This document shows positions 14,501 to 26,500 of a stretch of 64,000 bases of DNA, piece by piece. The DNA comes from Torpedo marmorata (lineage: Eukaryota). Every line of letters begins with the position of its first letter. The stretch's first letter is position 1. The stretch is from NCBI GenBank assembly GCA_977017645.1, contig OZ360221.1, positions 7,812,001 to 7,876,000 of the forward strand, given 5' to 3'. Below the pieces are notes generated by a model, which was given only the letters and a program-made list of their open reading frames with translations, ran no database searches and was not told where the DNA came from. A program made the position numbers and the translations under genes.

Positions 14501-17500
14501 TTCAATCTCAATCCGTGCACTCTTGTTTGAATGTTCCCCTCTCTCAATGGAAAAAGCCAGTCCACGTTGACTCTATCTTTCCCCTTCATAATTTTAAATA
14601 CCTCTATCAAATCACCCCTCAACCTTCTACGCTCCAGGGAATAAAGTCCCAGCCTGTTCAACCTTTCCCTATAACTCAAACCCAGAAACCCAGGCAACAT
14701 TCTTGTAAAGCTCCTCTGCACTCTCTCTATTCTGTTTATATCCTTCCTGTAATTCGGCGACCAAAACTGCGCACAATATTCCAAATTTGGCCTCACCAAT
14801 GCCTTATACAACTTCAACATGACATCCCAACTCCTACATTCAATACTCTGATTTATGAAGGCCAACATACCAAATGCTTTCTTCACCACGCTATCTCCGT
14901 GTGACTCAACTTTCAGGGAATTATGTACCAGAATTCCTAAATCCCTCTGTTCTACTGCACTTCTCAATTGACTTCCATTTAACATGTATGACCTTTGCTG
15001 ATTAATCCTACCAAAATGTAGCACCTCACATTTATCAGTATTAAATTCCATCTGTCATGTTTCCGCCCACTCCTCTAACTGTCCAATATCCCCCTGCAAG
15101 CTTTGATAATCTTCTTCACTGTCCACAACACCACCAATCTTCGTATCATCTGCATAATTACGAATCCAATTTACCACCCTATCATCCAGATCATTAATAT
15201 ATATGACAAACAACAATGGACCCAGTACCGATCCCTGAGGCACTCCACTAGCCACCGGCCTCCAATTGGAAAAACAATTTTCCACCACTACTCTCTGGCA
15301 TCTCCTATCCAACCATTGTTGAATCCAGTTCACTTCTTCGTCATTAATACCTAATGCTTGAACCTTCCTAACGAGCCTCTTATGCGGAACCTTGTCAAAT
15401 GCCTTACTAAAGACCATATAGACAACATCCACAGCCTTCCCCTCGTCAACCCTCTTAGTAACCTCATCTATGAGATTGGTCAAACATGATCTACCACGAA
15501 CAAAACAGTGTTGACTACTCCTAATCAATGCTTGTCTTTCGAAATAACTGTATACACCATCTCTAAGAACACTCTCCATTAATTTACCCACTACCGATGT
15601 CAGACTCACAGGCCTATAATTTCCAGGTTTACTTTTGGAACCCTTCTTAAATAGCGGGACAACATGAGCTACCCTCCAATCCTCCGGAACCTCCCCGTGA
15701 CCAGTGACGTTTTAAATATTTCTGTCAGAGCCCCCACTATTTGTACACTAACCTCACTCAGGGTCCTCGGGAATATCCTGTCAGGACCTGGAGATTTATC
15801 CACCTTTATACTCTTCAAAATAGCGAATACTACCTCCTCATTAATCCTTATATTATCCATGACCTCCCTGCCAGATTGCCTTACTTCACCTGGCTCAATA
15901 TTCCTTTCCTTTGTAAATACATGAAGAAAAAAATTCATTTAAAATCTCCCCCATCTCCTCTGACCTCTCACATAGCCTACCCGTCTGATCCTCAATGGGC
16001 CCAATTTTATCTCTCACTATTATTTTGCTTTTAATGTACCTGTAGAAACCCTTTGGATTTATTTTTACCTTGCCTGCCAACGCAGCCTCATATCTCCTTT
16101 TAGCCTTTCTAATTTCTTTCTTAAGTTTTTATTACACTCCTTATATTCCTCAAGGACCTCATCTATTCCCTGCTGTCTATACCTTTTGTACACATCCCTC
16201 TTCCTCCGAACCAAATTTCCTATATCCTTTGAAAACCAAGGCTCCCTATATTTTCTAACACTTACTTCAATCCTCACAGGGACGAACCGACTCTGTACTC
16301 TCAAAATTTCCCCTTTGAATATCCTCCATTTTTCTGTGACATCCTTTCCTAACAATAAATTATCCCAATCCACACCCTATAAATCCATCCTCATCTCCTC
16401 AAAATTTGCCTTATTCCAATCAAGAATCTCAACCTTAGGCCCAGCCCTATCATTAAGGATATGATTAGATTTACGAGGGATTCAATTTCTATCTGTCTCT
16501 GAAAGCGCCAAACAGTTTGCAGCGTTGATGTCCGGACGAGAGAAATTGATCCAGAGCCGGAGACCTCTTGCTAACTGCATGATTTCCATACTTAACACTT
16601 GGCTGTGAGCATTTAAATTGAAATAGATGCAGACGGCTGCAAGGCATGAATACATTATATTTCAGGTTGAATGAGAGACGAAGAGTATGGAAGCAGGCCT
16701 TTTGGCTCAAGTTTAAATTTAAAATTAAATTAAATTAAATGTACACATACAGCCCTTCCGGCCCCCGAGCCCGTGCCTCCCAATTACAACCAATTGACCT
16801 ACAACCCCCGGTACGCTTTGAACCGTGGGAGGAAACCGGAGCCACCGGGGAAACCCACCTAGACACGCGGAGAACGTGCAAAGTCCTTACAGACAGCGCG
16901 GGCGTCGAAACCCTTTCCCGATCGCTGACACTGTAACAGCGTTGCGCTAACCGTTAAGCTATCCATGCCGCCCAACATCCAAACGCCGACTAAAATGTCC
17001 CAACCATGTCGCAATCTGCCAGCGGTCATACCCGTGTAAACGTGTAAGCCAGTGGTTTTCAAACTTTTTCTTTCCACTCACATACCACTGTAAATAATCC
17101 CAATGCCATAGGTGCTCTGTGATTAGTAAGGGATTACTTAAAGTGGTATGTGAGTGGAAAGAAAAAGTTTGAAAACCACTGTTTTAATCGTACCTAATTG
17201 ACTCGTTATGTGCACGGTTTCATAACTCCAAAGGAAATGAACCTTTTTTTAAATTTTTTTTTATTATTTTATTTAAAATTTTAAATCACAAAATACATAG
17301 ATTAAAATGTATAGCTTTCAAAATGCATGTGATATATATTTCCTCCCCCCATACCCACCCTCCCTTCCCAAACCCCCCCCCATCCCCACTATTCTAAAAA
17401 ATAATACAAAAAAAAAAAAAGTATAGTAAAAAAGAAAGAAGAAAAAGATAGATTAATAGTAAGGGGAGAACCATCTACAAGCTAATTCTATCATGGAGGT

Positions 17501-20500
17501 TAAACTCGCCAGTAGACCTGATATCTAGAGATTTTCAAATCATTAAACCCATAACTCTCATATATGGGCTCCAAATTTTCAAAAAAGAATGATACTTTTT
17601 ACGTAAATTATAAGTAATCTTTTCCAGTGGTATACACGAACGAAGTTCAGCATGCCACCTTTCTAAACTTAAATCTAAATCTGATTTCCAAGTAATAGCA
17701 ATGCATTTTTTTGAAACAGCTAAAGCAATTCGTAAAAATTCTACCTGATACATATTCAATCTATTCCTAATACTAAACTTTCTAATATCTCCGAGTAAAA
17801 ATAACATAGGATCCATTGGAAACATAACATTGAAAACTCTATCTAAAAAATTCTTAACTTTCAACCAAAAATCTTGAATTTTTGGACATAACCATGTAGA
17901 GTGAACAAAATAACCTACTTCACTCTTACATCTAAAACACAAATCCGATAATGTCGGATTAAATTTCTTTAATTTTTTTGGTGTTAAATATAATTGATGG
18001 AAAAAATTATATTGTACTAATCTATATCTAACATTAATAACTTTAGTCATACTTAATTTACTTAAATCTTTCCAATGATTTTCAGCTATATTAACATTTA
18101 AATATAATTCCCATTTTAATCTTGATTTATGTAATCCTACTTTAGGCATTTTTCTCTGAAATAATTTATACATTTGAGAAATAAACTTATTGAAATTTGC
18201 TTTAGTTATTAATAATTCTAACTCATTTTGTCTTGGTGCAATCAAATCATCCCCTAATTTCTCAATCAAAAAAGCTTTAACTTGATAGTAAGCTAACCAT
18301 GTATTATCTAATACATTAAATTTTTCCTTCAATCTTTGAAACGTAACAAATCTTCCAGCCTCAAAACAATCTTTAAAATTCTTAATTCCTTTTTGAAACC
18401 ATAATTTCAATAACTGATTATTAATAGTAAATGGTAAAAGTGGATTTTGACATAATGGCATATTTAAAGAAATTAACCCTTTTCCATCTATTTCTTTATC
18501 TACCTGTGTCCATATTTCCAACAAATGTTTAATAATCGATGATTTTTTCTTTTTTACTGATAATACTTTAGAGTTCCACTTATAAATAATATCCTCTTTA
18601 TAATTTTCTCCTATATTATTTAATTCTATATTAATCCAAGCAGAAGATTTAGCTAAATCAAAAAATTCATTAACAAATTTTAATTGAGCTGCTTTAAAAT
18701 AATATTGAAAATTAGGAAGTTGCAATCCTCCCATCTCATAATTCCATGTTAATTTATCCATACTTACTCTTGATAACTTCCCTTTCCATAAAAATTTCCT
18801 AATAATAAACTTTAAATCTTTAAAAAAAAATTGGAATTCCAAAAGGAATTGATTGAAAAAGATATTGAACTCTTGTAAAAATATTCATCTTAATACAATT
18901 TACTCTTCCCATTAAAGTTATAGGAAAATCTTTCCAATTTTCCAAGTCTTTCTTTATTTTCATAAATAAAGGTACATAATTTAATTTATACAAATTTTCT
19001 AATTTTGTATCCACTTTAACTCCCAAATATTTGATTCCTTCTTTTACCCACTTAAATTCCGTGACCTCTCTACATCTAGTATAATCACCTTGAAATAAAG
19101 CCATTATCTCACTTTTATCTGAATTTATTTTATAACCAGATATTTCACCATATTCTGTTAATATACTAGCTAGTTGTTGAAGTGATGTAATAGATTTCGT
19201 CATATATATTAATACATCGTCTGCAAACAAACTAATCTTATGTTCTTCCATGCCTACTTTAATCCCTACTATGTTAGGATCTATTCTAATCAATTCAGCC
19301 AAAGGTTCTATTGCCAAAACAAATAGGGCTGGTGACAGCGGACATCCCTGCCTCGTAGAACGCGTTAAAGGAAATTTTGGCCATATTTGTCCATTTGTAA
19401 TTACTTTAGCTGTAGGTTCTCTATATATAGTTTTAATCCAATTTATAAAAGTATTCCCAAAACCAAATTTCTCTAACACCTTAAATAAAAAATTCCATTC
19501 TAATCTGTCAAAAGCCTTTTCTGCATCCAGCGTTACAACCAATGGTAAATCCTGTTTCTTTTTATATAAGTTAATTAAACTTATTAATCTAGCTATATTG
19601 TCTTCTGAATATCTCTTTTTAATAAAGCCAGCTTTATCTGGATGTATCAAATTTGGTAAATATTTAGCTATTCTATTAGCCAAAATCTTTGCCATTATTT
19701 TATAGTCTACATTTAACAAAGAAATAGGTCTGTATGACTCAGTTTTTAATACATCGCTATCTTTCTTTGGTATAACTGTAATAATAGCATTCAAAAATGT
19801 TTTCGGTAATAAATGGGTTTCCGTAATTTGATTCAATACTTCCATATATGGAGGTATTAATAAATCTTTAAATTCCTTATACAATTCTACTGGAAGTCCA
19901 TCATCACCAGGGGATTTACCACTTTTCAACGTCGAAAGAACCTCACTAACTTCTCTCATCGTAAAAGGTAAATCCAAAGAATTTTTATTCTGAATATTCA
20001 ATTTAGGTAAAGTAATTTTAGATAGAAATCTATTAATCTTCAAATCGTCATGATCAACCTGAGATCTATATAAATTCTGATAATAATCTTTAAAAGATTC
20101 ATTTATTTCTTGGGGTTTATAAGTTATTTCACCGGTATTTTTTTTCTTTATAGCATTTATAGTTTTAGAAACTTGCTCTTTTTTCAATTGCCATGCTAAA
20201 ACCTTATGAGCTTTTTCCCCTAATTCATAATATCTTTGCTTCATTCTTTCAATTAATTTTTCCGTTTTATAAGTTTGTAATAAATTATAATGTAATTTCC
20301 TCCTTATTAAACGATTTATCTTACGAATTGATTTATTTCTCTGTAAATCTTCTTCCATAAGGTCAATCTCCTTCTCTAATTTTTCTGCTTCTTTCAAATA
20401 ATCTTTCTTAATTTTTACCGAATAGCTTATTATCAAACCTCTTAAATAAATTTTTAAAGTTTCCCAAATTATAAATTTATCATTAATCGATTGAACATTT

Positions 20501-23500
20501 ATTCTCAAAAATTCCTGAATTTCTCTTCTTATATATTCACAAAAATCTTTCCTTTTCAATAAAGAAGGATCAAATCTCCAATTAAATATAGTTTTCTCTT
20601 TTTCCGGGATTATACAAGTCATTAGCAAAGGCGAATGGTCTGAAATTATTCTCGCTTTATAAGATGCTTGTGTTATTCTATCTTGAATTTGTGAAGATAA
20701 TAAAAATAAATCTATCCTAGTATATGAATCATGTCTAAAAGAATAAAATGAATAATCTTTCTCTCCAGGATTCAATATTCTCCAAATATCTATTAAATTC
20801 AAATCTTTCATCAAACTAATAATTATTTTAACTATTTTAGGTCTAACAGACGATCTAGAAGTCCTATCCATTATTGAATCTAAACAACAATTGAAATCTC
20901 CACCAATTAAAATATTTTCCTTAGCATCTGATAAATGTAAAAATGCATCTTGAATAAATTGTTCATCATCTGGATTTGACACATATAAATTCATAAGAGT
21001 CCAAAATTCTGAATAAATCAGACAATATACCAAAACATATCTTCCTGCCACATCTGTCACTACCGATTGTATCTTAAAAGGTAGAAGGAAATGAACCTTT
21101 GACAATTTTTCTGAAGCAAAATATTTCAGTTACAATTGGGTCTAGAGCAGTGGTTCTCAACCTTTTTTTACCACTCACATGCCACCTTAAGCAATCCCTT
21201 ACCAATCACAGAGCACCTATGGCATAAGGATTACTTAAGGTGGTACGTGAGTGGAAAGAAAAAGTTTGAAAACCACCGTTTCCGCCAAGGGCAAGGTATC
21301 ATGCCGTGCCAACGCAGCCTCTTCTATTTGTTGTTTTGTATCCTCTCCTGTTTAAACAAAATGTGGGATAAAAACGGGTCAAGCCTTTAGGTCCACACAC
21401 ATAATGCACATTGGTGTAAATTAAACGGACAGCCTATTTTCTTAATGGGGATAAAGTTGAAAATACCCAGATGCATGGGGACCTGGGAGACCTCGTGCAG
21501 GACAGCCTGCAGGTAAACGTACGTATTGAGTCATTCGTGAAGAATACAATGCTGGCATTTACTTCAAGAGGAATAATATGTAAGAGCAGGGATGTGATGT
21601 TGAGGCTTTATAAGGCCCTGGTAAGTCCTCACTTGGAGTATTGTGAGCAGTTTCGGGCCCCTCATTTAAGAAAGGATGCGCTGACGTTCGAGACACTTCA
21701 TAGGATTTTCACAAGGATGATTCCGGGAATGAAAGGGTTATTACGTTAGGAGCGTTTGTCACTTGTTGGCCTGACTCGTTGAAATTTAGGAGAATGAGGG
21801 GGGGGGGGGTGGCGTCTCATTGAAATATCTTGAATGTTGAAAAGTATGGACATAGAAGATGTTTAAATGTTGTTTCCCATGGTGGGAGGATCTACGTCGG
21901 ACAAGAGGGCACAACTTCAGGATTTAAGGGCGCCCATTTTGAACAGAGATGAGGACAAATTTCTTCAGCCAGAGGGTGGTGATTCATTTGAATCTGCTGC
22001 CACGGGCAGATGTGGACGCCCGGTCATTGGGTGCATTTAAGCCAGAGATTGATAGGTTCTTGATTAGCCAGGGAATCAAAGGTTATGTGGTGAAGGCCGG
22101 GCAGCGGGGTTGAGTAGGAAAACGAATTCACTCATGATTAAAAGGAGGGGCAGACTTGGTGGGCTATTTCTGCTGCGGTCCTCTGGTCTTATAATCCATG
22201 ACACGTTCCCAGCAGTTCTTGCAGGATCTCTCATCGTCCGGTCCCGTAGTTCACGGAATCATCCTTCATGTAATTACTCTCTTCTCACCGTGAAATCCTC
22301 ATTCTTTTAGCTGCGGAACTGTACATGCAATCACTGGAACGATGTTCACATTCAGTTGCGGTGGTTTTACCGGTCGATATGTGAATATCATCACACCAGG
22401 CCGGGGCAAAATCCTGACCCTGTGCGAGGTCGAAGTATTTGGGTCGAAATTACCAGTGAACGAACATGCAGGTAAGGAGCAGTGGGTCCTCTGGAGCTCT
22501 TTGCACACATATCCATCGCCTCAGTCAGGAACTATCTCGCTCGGCGAGTGATGGTAGAATGTTCGGATGATAGAGGGGGATATCATATCTATCAGATGAT
22601 GGGTCACCCAGCCCAGATATTGTACACTTGGCGAGAAATTTAATTTCCCATCATCATTGAAGTAAATGAGGACAGTTTAAGAGTATTCATCTGGTCGTGC
22701 CGATCAACCTAACGATTCCAACGACCTCTCTTCCGAGAAACAGATCCTTAGAATTGAGGCGAGGTGCTTGCTGTCTAACGTCTCGTCACTGTGTCAATTC
22801 CAATTTTCGTGCAATAGACATGGCCCGAACTTTTTGGGAAAAGAAGCAATCAAGTTGAAGTTTATTGTCAAATGTACCATTATGAAGTGAACAGAGTGTG
22901 CTATGCGAGCAGGCGAGTTATACATCTCATACACAGTACACGAAGTAAGGCACAGAGAGAAATGCAGAGTTGCAGTGGGAGAGAAGCATGTTCCGTGCAC
23001 AGGAAACGCGAAATTGCAATTTAATGGTTCATTCAGAGGTAGGTTAGCCGCGATAAACATTCTCCCTTGAATAGGCTTAAGCGTTATCTCAATCTGAATT
23101 TTCAATCTGACGCGAGGGGCATGAAGTGAGTGTCGCGTGAAGGGATTGTTTTTTAAAATGTTTTGGCTGTTTCGCATGGCCGCAGGAGTTATAGATTGAA
23201 CCAATAGAAGGGAGCGGGCTATCCGTGAGAGCCTGAGCCGCGATTTCAACCCACTGCCATTTCTAGACGTCTTAGCAGAGGAGTGTTCGAACCTCACAGT
23301 AAAGCACACGGAGAGTATGCTTCAAATCGTGCCCCTGTCATCGTGTGAAGACGACATAGCAAATTCTCTCAGACGTCTCAGGAAGTATGGGCGCTGATGT
23401 GCTTTGCTGGACATGCATAGGGGTGCGAGGAGCAGGCCAGGTCACTGGAGATGTTTATCCCTCGGGACCTAAAACTCCGTATTGGTGAGAAGCTGTGACA

Positions 23501-26500
23501 ATGTGCATAAAGGAGCTGCGATGGTACCCAGTGCAGAGAACGGCAATGGCTCAAAATACAGATCCAACAAGTCTCACACATATCCGATGGGATGAATTTC
23601 AGACGCACAACACCAGTACCGCAACACTCAATGATGGGAATAAATTCTATGATTCATTACAGCGACGCTGTGCGCTATGCGACTAGGTTTATCCATCCCT
23701 ATTCCTGGAATATTTTCATTATACAGGGGCAAACGTGGCGTTGGGAGGAACTGCGACTCAGTCCAGCACTTCCGGCCGTGCCGGCCCTCAACGGGCCACT
23801 GACGGAAACACCGACAACTTCTTACCAAGGGGATCTTGCACTCAGACCAAGAAAACCAAGGACCCTTGGTGGAGAGTCGACTTACATCAAACCTATGCCG
23901 TGTCAGTGGTACGAATCAGCAACAGAAGAGACTGCTGTTCGGAACGGCTCGGAGGAGCCGAGATCCGCATCGGGAATTCGCTGAAAAACAACGGGAATAC
24001 AAACCGACTGTAAGTATTCTTGAGCACACACTCGTTCCCTTCACGCTGCCCCCGAGAAAACTGTGACCATTGTTCGGGAAGTCTCACCACGGCTGATGCA
24101 TTGACGCCATGCCTGGACAATTCAGTCAGCACTATCCATACACTTTGCGTTGTTGTAATCGAAGCAAAAACTCGGCGTTCCTGATTGAGGGACGACGAAC
24201 ACGGAGCTGGTGCATTGGACTAGCCGTGTGGATCAATGATCCACACGTATGGACCAGTCACCCGGAGATACAAAAAGAAAACAACGCCAGGGCGACAAGA
24301 GACAATACAAGGTTACATATGTTTCTCGTGAGAATGAAGAGCATTTGCTAAGAGGTCAGAGGTCGTTTTCATTTTTCATACAGTGTTCCTACCCTGCAAC
24401 ACACTGTCCGCGGATGTTGCTGGGGTCTTACGAAATATGGACAATTAAAAAAAGTATTTGATAGGCTCATGGATGTCAGATAAATGGAGCGTTATAGACC
24501 TTGAGGGAAATAAAGATTTGACTGATCATGGAGTAGGTCATAGAAGGTTGGCGCAATGTCGTGTGCAGAAATGCTCCTGTTTGCTGCATTTATTCCACAG
24601 AGCGAAATCTCGGGAAACTGAAGTTTAGAAGATTCCACCTACTCACCGCGAGAATTCCATCTCTTTCAGTTGTGGAACCGTCCGATCGGCTTCGTCAAGC
24701 ACATTGACTTTCAGTTGCGGTGGATTTACGGGTCGTTATGTGAATATCATCGTCCCGGGTCGTGATAAAATTCTTACCCTGTGTGAGGTTCAGGTCTTTG
24801 GTTCCACACTCCCGTCACTGGAAGGTGCAGGTAGGTTCCAAGAGCCTGGAAAGCATTTTTAGGACACATCCTTAGGTATCTTGACAGTAAATCGTCCGCG
24901 GATAGAACCTGGGAACATAGCAAATGATTCACAGCGATTGGAGGAGTATTTAGTGTTGCTGCCACAGAATGGCAATAAATACTCGTGAACAGCAAGATGA
25001 CACTGAGACAGAAACGGGAAGAAGTAAGTCACCGTAGAGCTCTGAGTTAGGCCACAGCAATTCATATCGAGATCCTGAATCTTTCGTCAAATTTCGAGAC
25101 ACCAATACCACAGACATTGCGCACAAACCTATACAGGTCACTCGTACATAAGGTCAGACAGGGCAATGCGCAGAAGGCAAACTATGGCACCCTGTGGAGC
25201 ATGCGGCTGGCAGGGATGTGATCGACTCAACGACCTGAAGTGGGAAATCAGGAAATCGCATCCTCATGGATGTCTCAAAATCCCCACACCATTGTGCCAA
25301 ATTCACATCTGAAGAGAATACTTGTGATTGTAGACAGACGCAAGGCACAATTCGTGCAACATATGATCGGAACGAGTTTACATGCTCATTCAAATTTGAC
25401 CTGCCGCTTAGCGACTTAGCATCAGATTTACTCAATGCACTTCACTGAACATTTACCACCCAACATAAAACGTGGCTCTTGGAGAATTCCTAAATATACC
25501 ATGAGCTATTCTATTAGGTGGATTCGAAGACTAATCAGCGCCAACGATGATGGGAATGATCTTGCTGGTTTATTTATGTTTGATGAGAGTGCGGCTGCAT
25601 GGTCGTTAGTCTCAAACCGGCTCCATGCAATTCTCTGTTTTCCCACTCAACAGAAAACGTGGCTCTCGGAGCATCTGCGATGCAGTCGAGTACATTTCAG
25701 CGAGCTGTTGCTCAGAGAGCCATTGATGGCAAGAACAGCAGCATCTGGAGGCAAGGGTCTTGCACGCACACCAAGAGAAGCAAGGACCCTTGGTGGCGAG
25801 TCGATCTGAAGGGTATATACAACGTGTCAGTTGTAAGAATCACCAACAGAAGAGACTGCTGCTCCAAACGTCTCCAAGGAGCCGAGATACGAATTGGAAA
25901 CTCTCTGTTCAACGAGGGGAATTCAAACAGGCTGTAAGTACTCATGAACAAACGCCGGGTCTTATCAGTGTTGGTGTTTTGTTCTGAAAGTTCCTTTGTT
26001 GCTGTTACTTTGAATATAAATAGGAGTGGGTGAAGTGCTAATAGGAGGGGTAGACTAATTTAGTTCGTGTCTGACTGAGGAGGAAAATATATCTTTGTAG
26101 CAGAGATGCAATGATGAGGGGAATATTTCCAGAATTGGAGACCTCTTCTCCAGCAATGAAATTTCCACTTGCCAGGAAATGCTAACATAGAACACAGAAC
26201 AAAATACAGCACAGTACAGGCCATTAGGCCCTCGATATTGTGCCGAGCTATATATTCCTTCCTAAAAAAGGTACTGAACCCTCCCTACCCCATAACCCTC
26301 TATTTATATTTTATCCATGTGCCTGTCTAAGAGTCTCTTAAATTCCCCCAATGTTTCAGCCTCCACCACCATCGCTGGCAAGGCATTCCAGGCATGCACA
26401 ACTCTCTGTGTAAATATCTGACCCCTGATGACTCCCCTAAACCTCCTTCCCTTCACTTTGGACACATGTTCTTTGGTGTTTGTTGATCCTTCCCTGGGAA

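Noticed and set aside
17042-21286. 8-bp TSD around the hAT-like MITE
   Set aside because: The flanks gtgtaagc and tttccgcc do not match, so no TSD is claimed.
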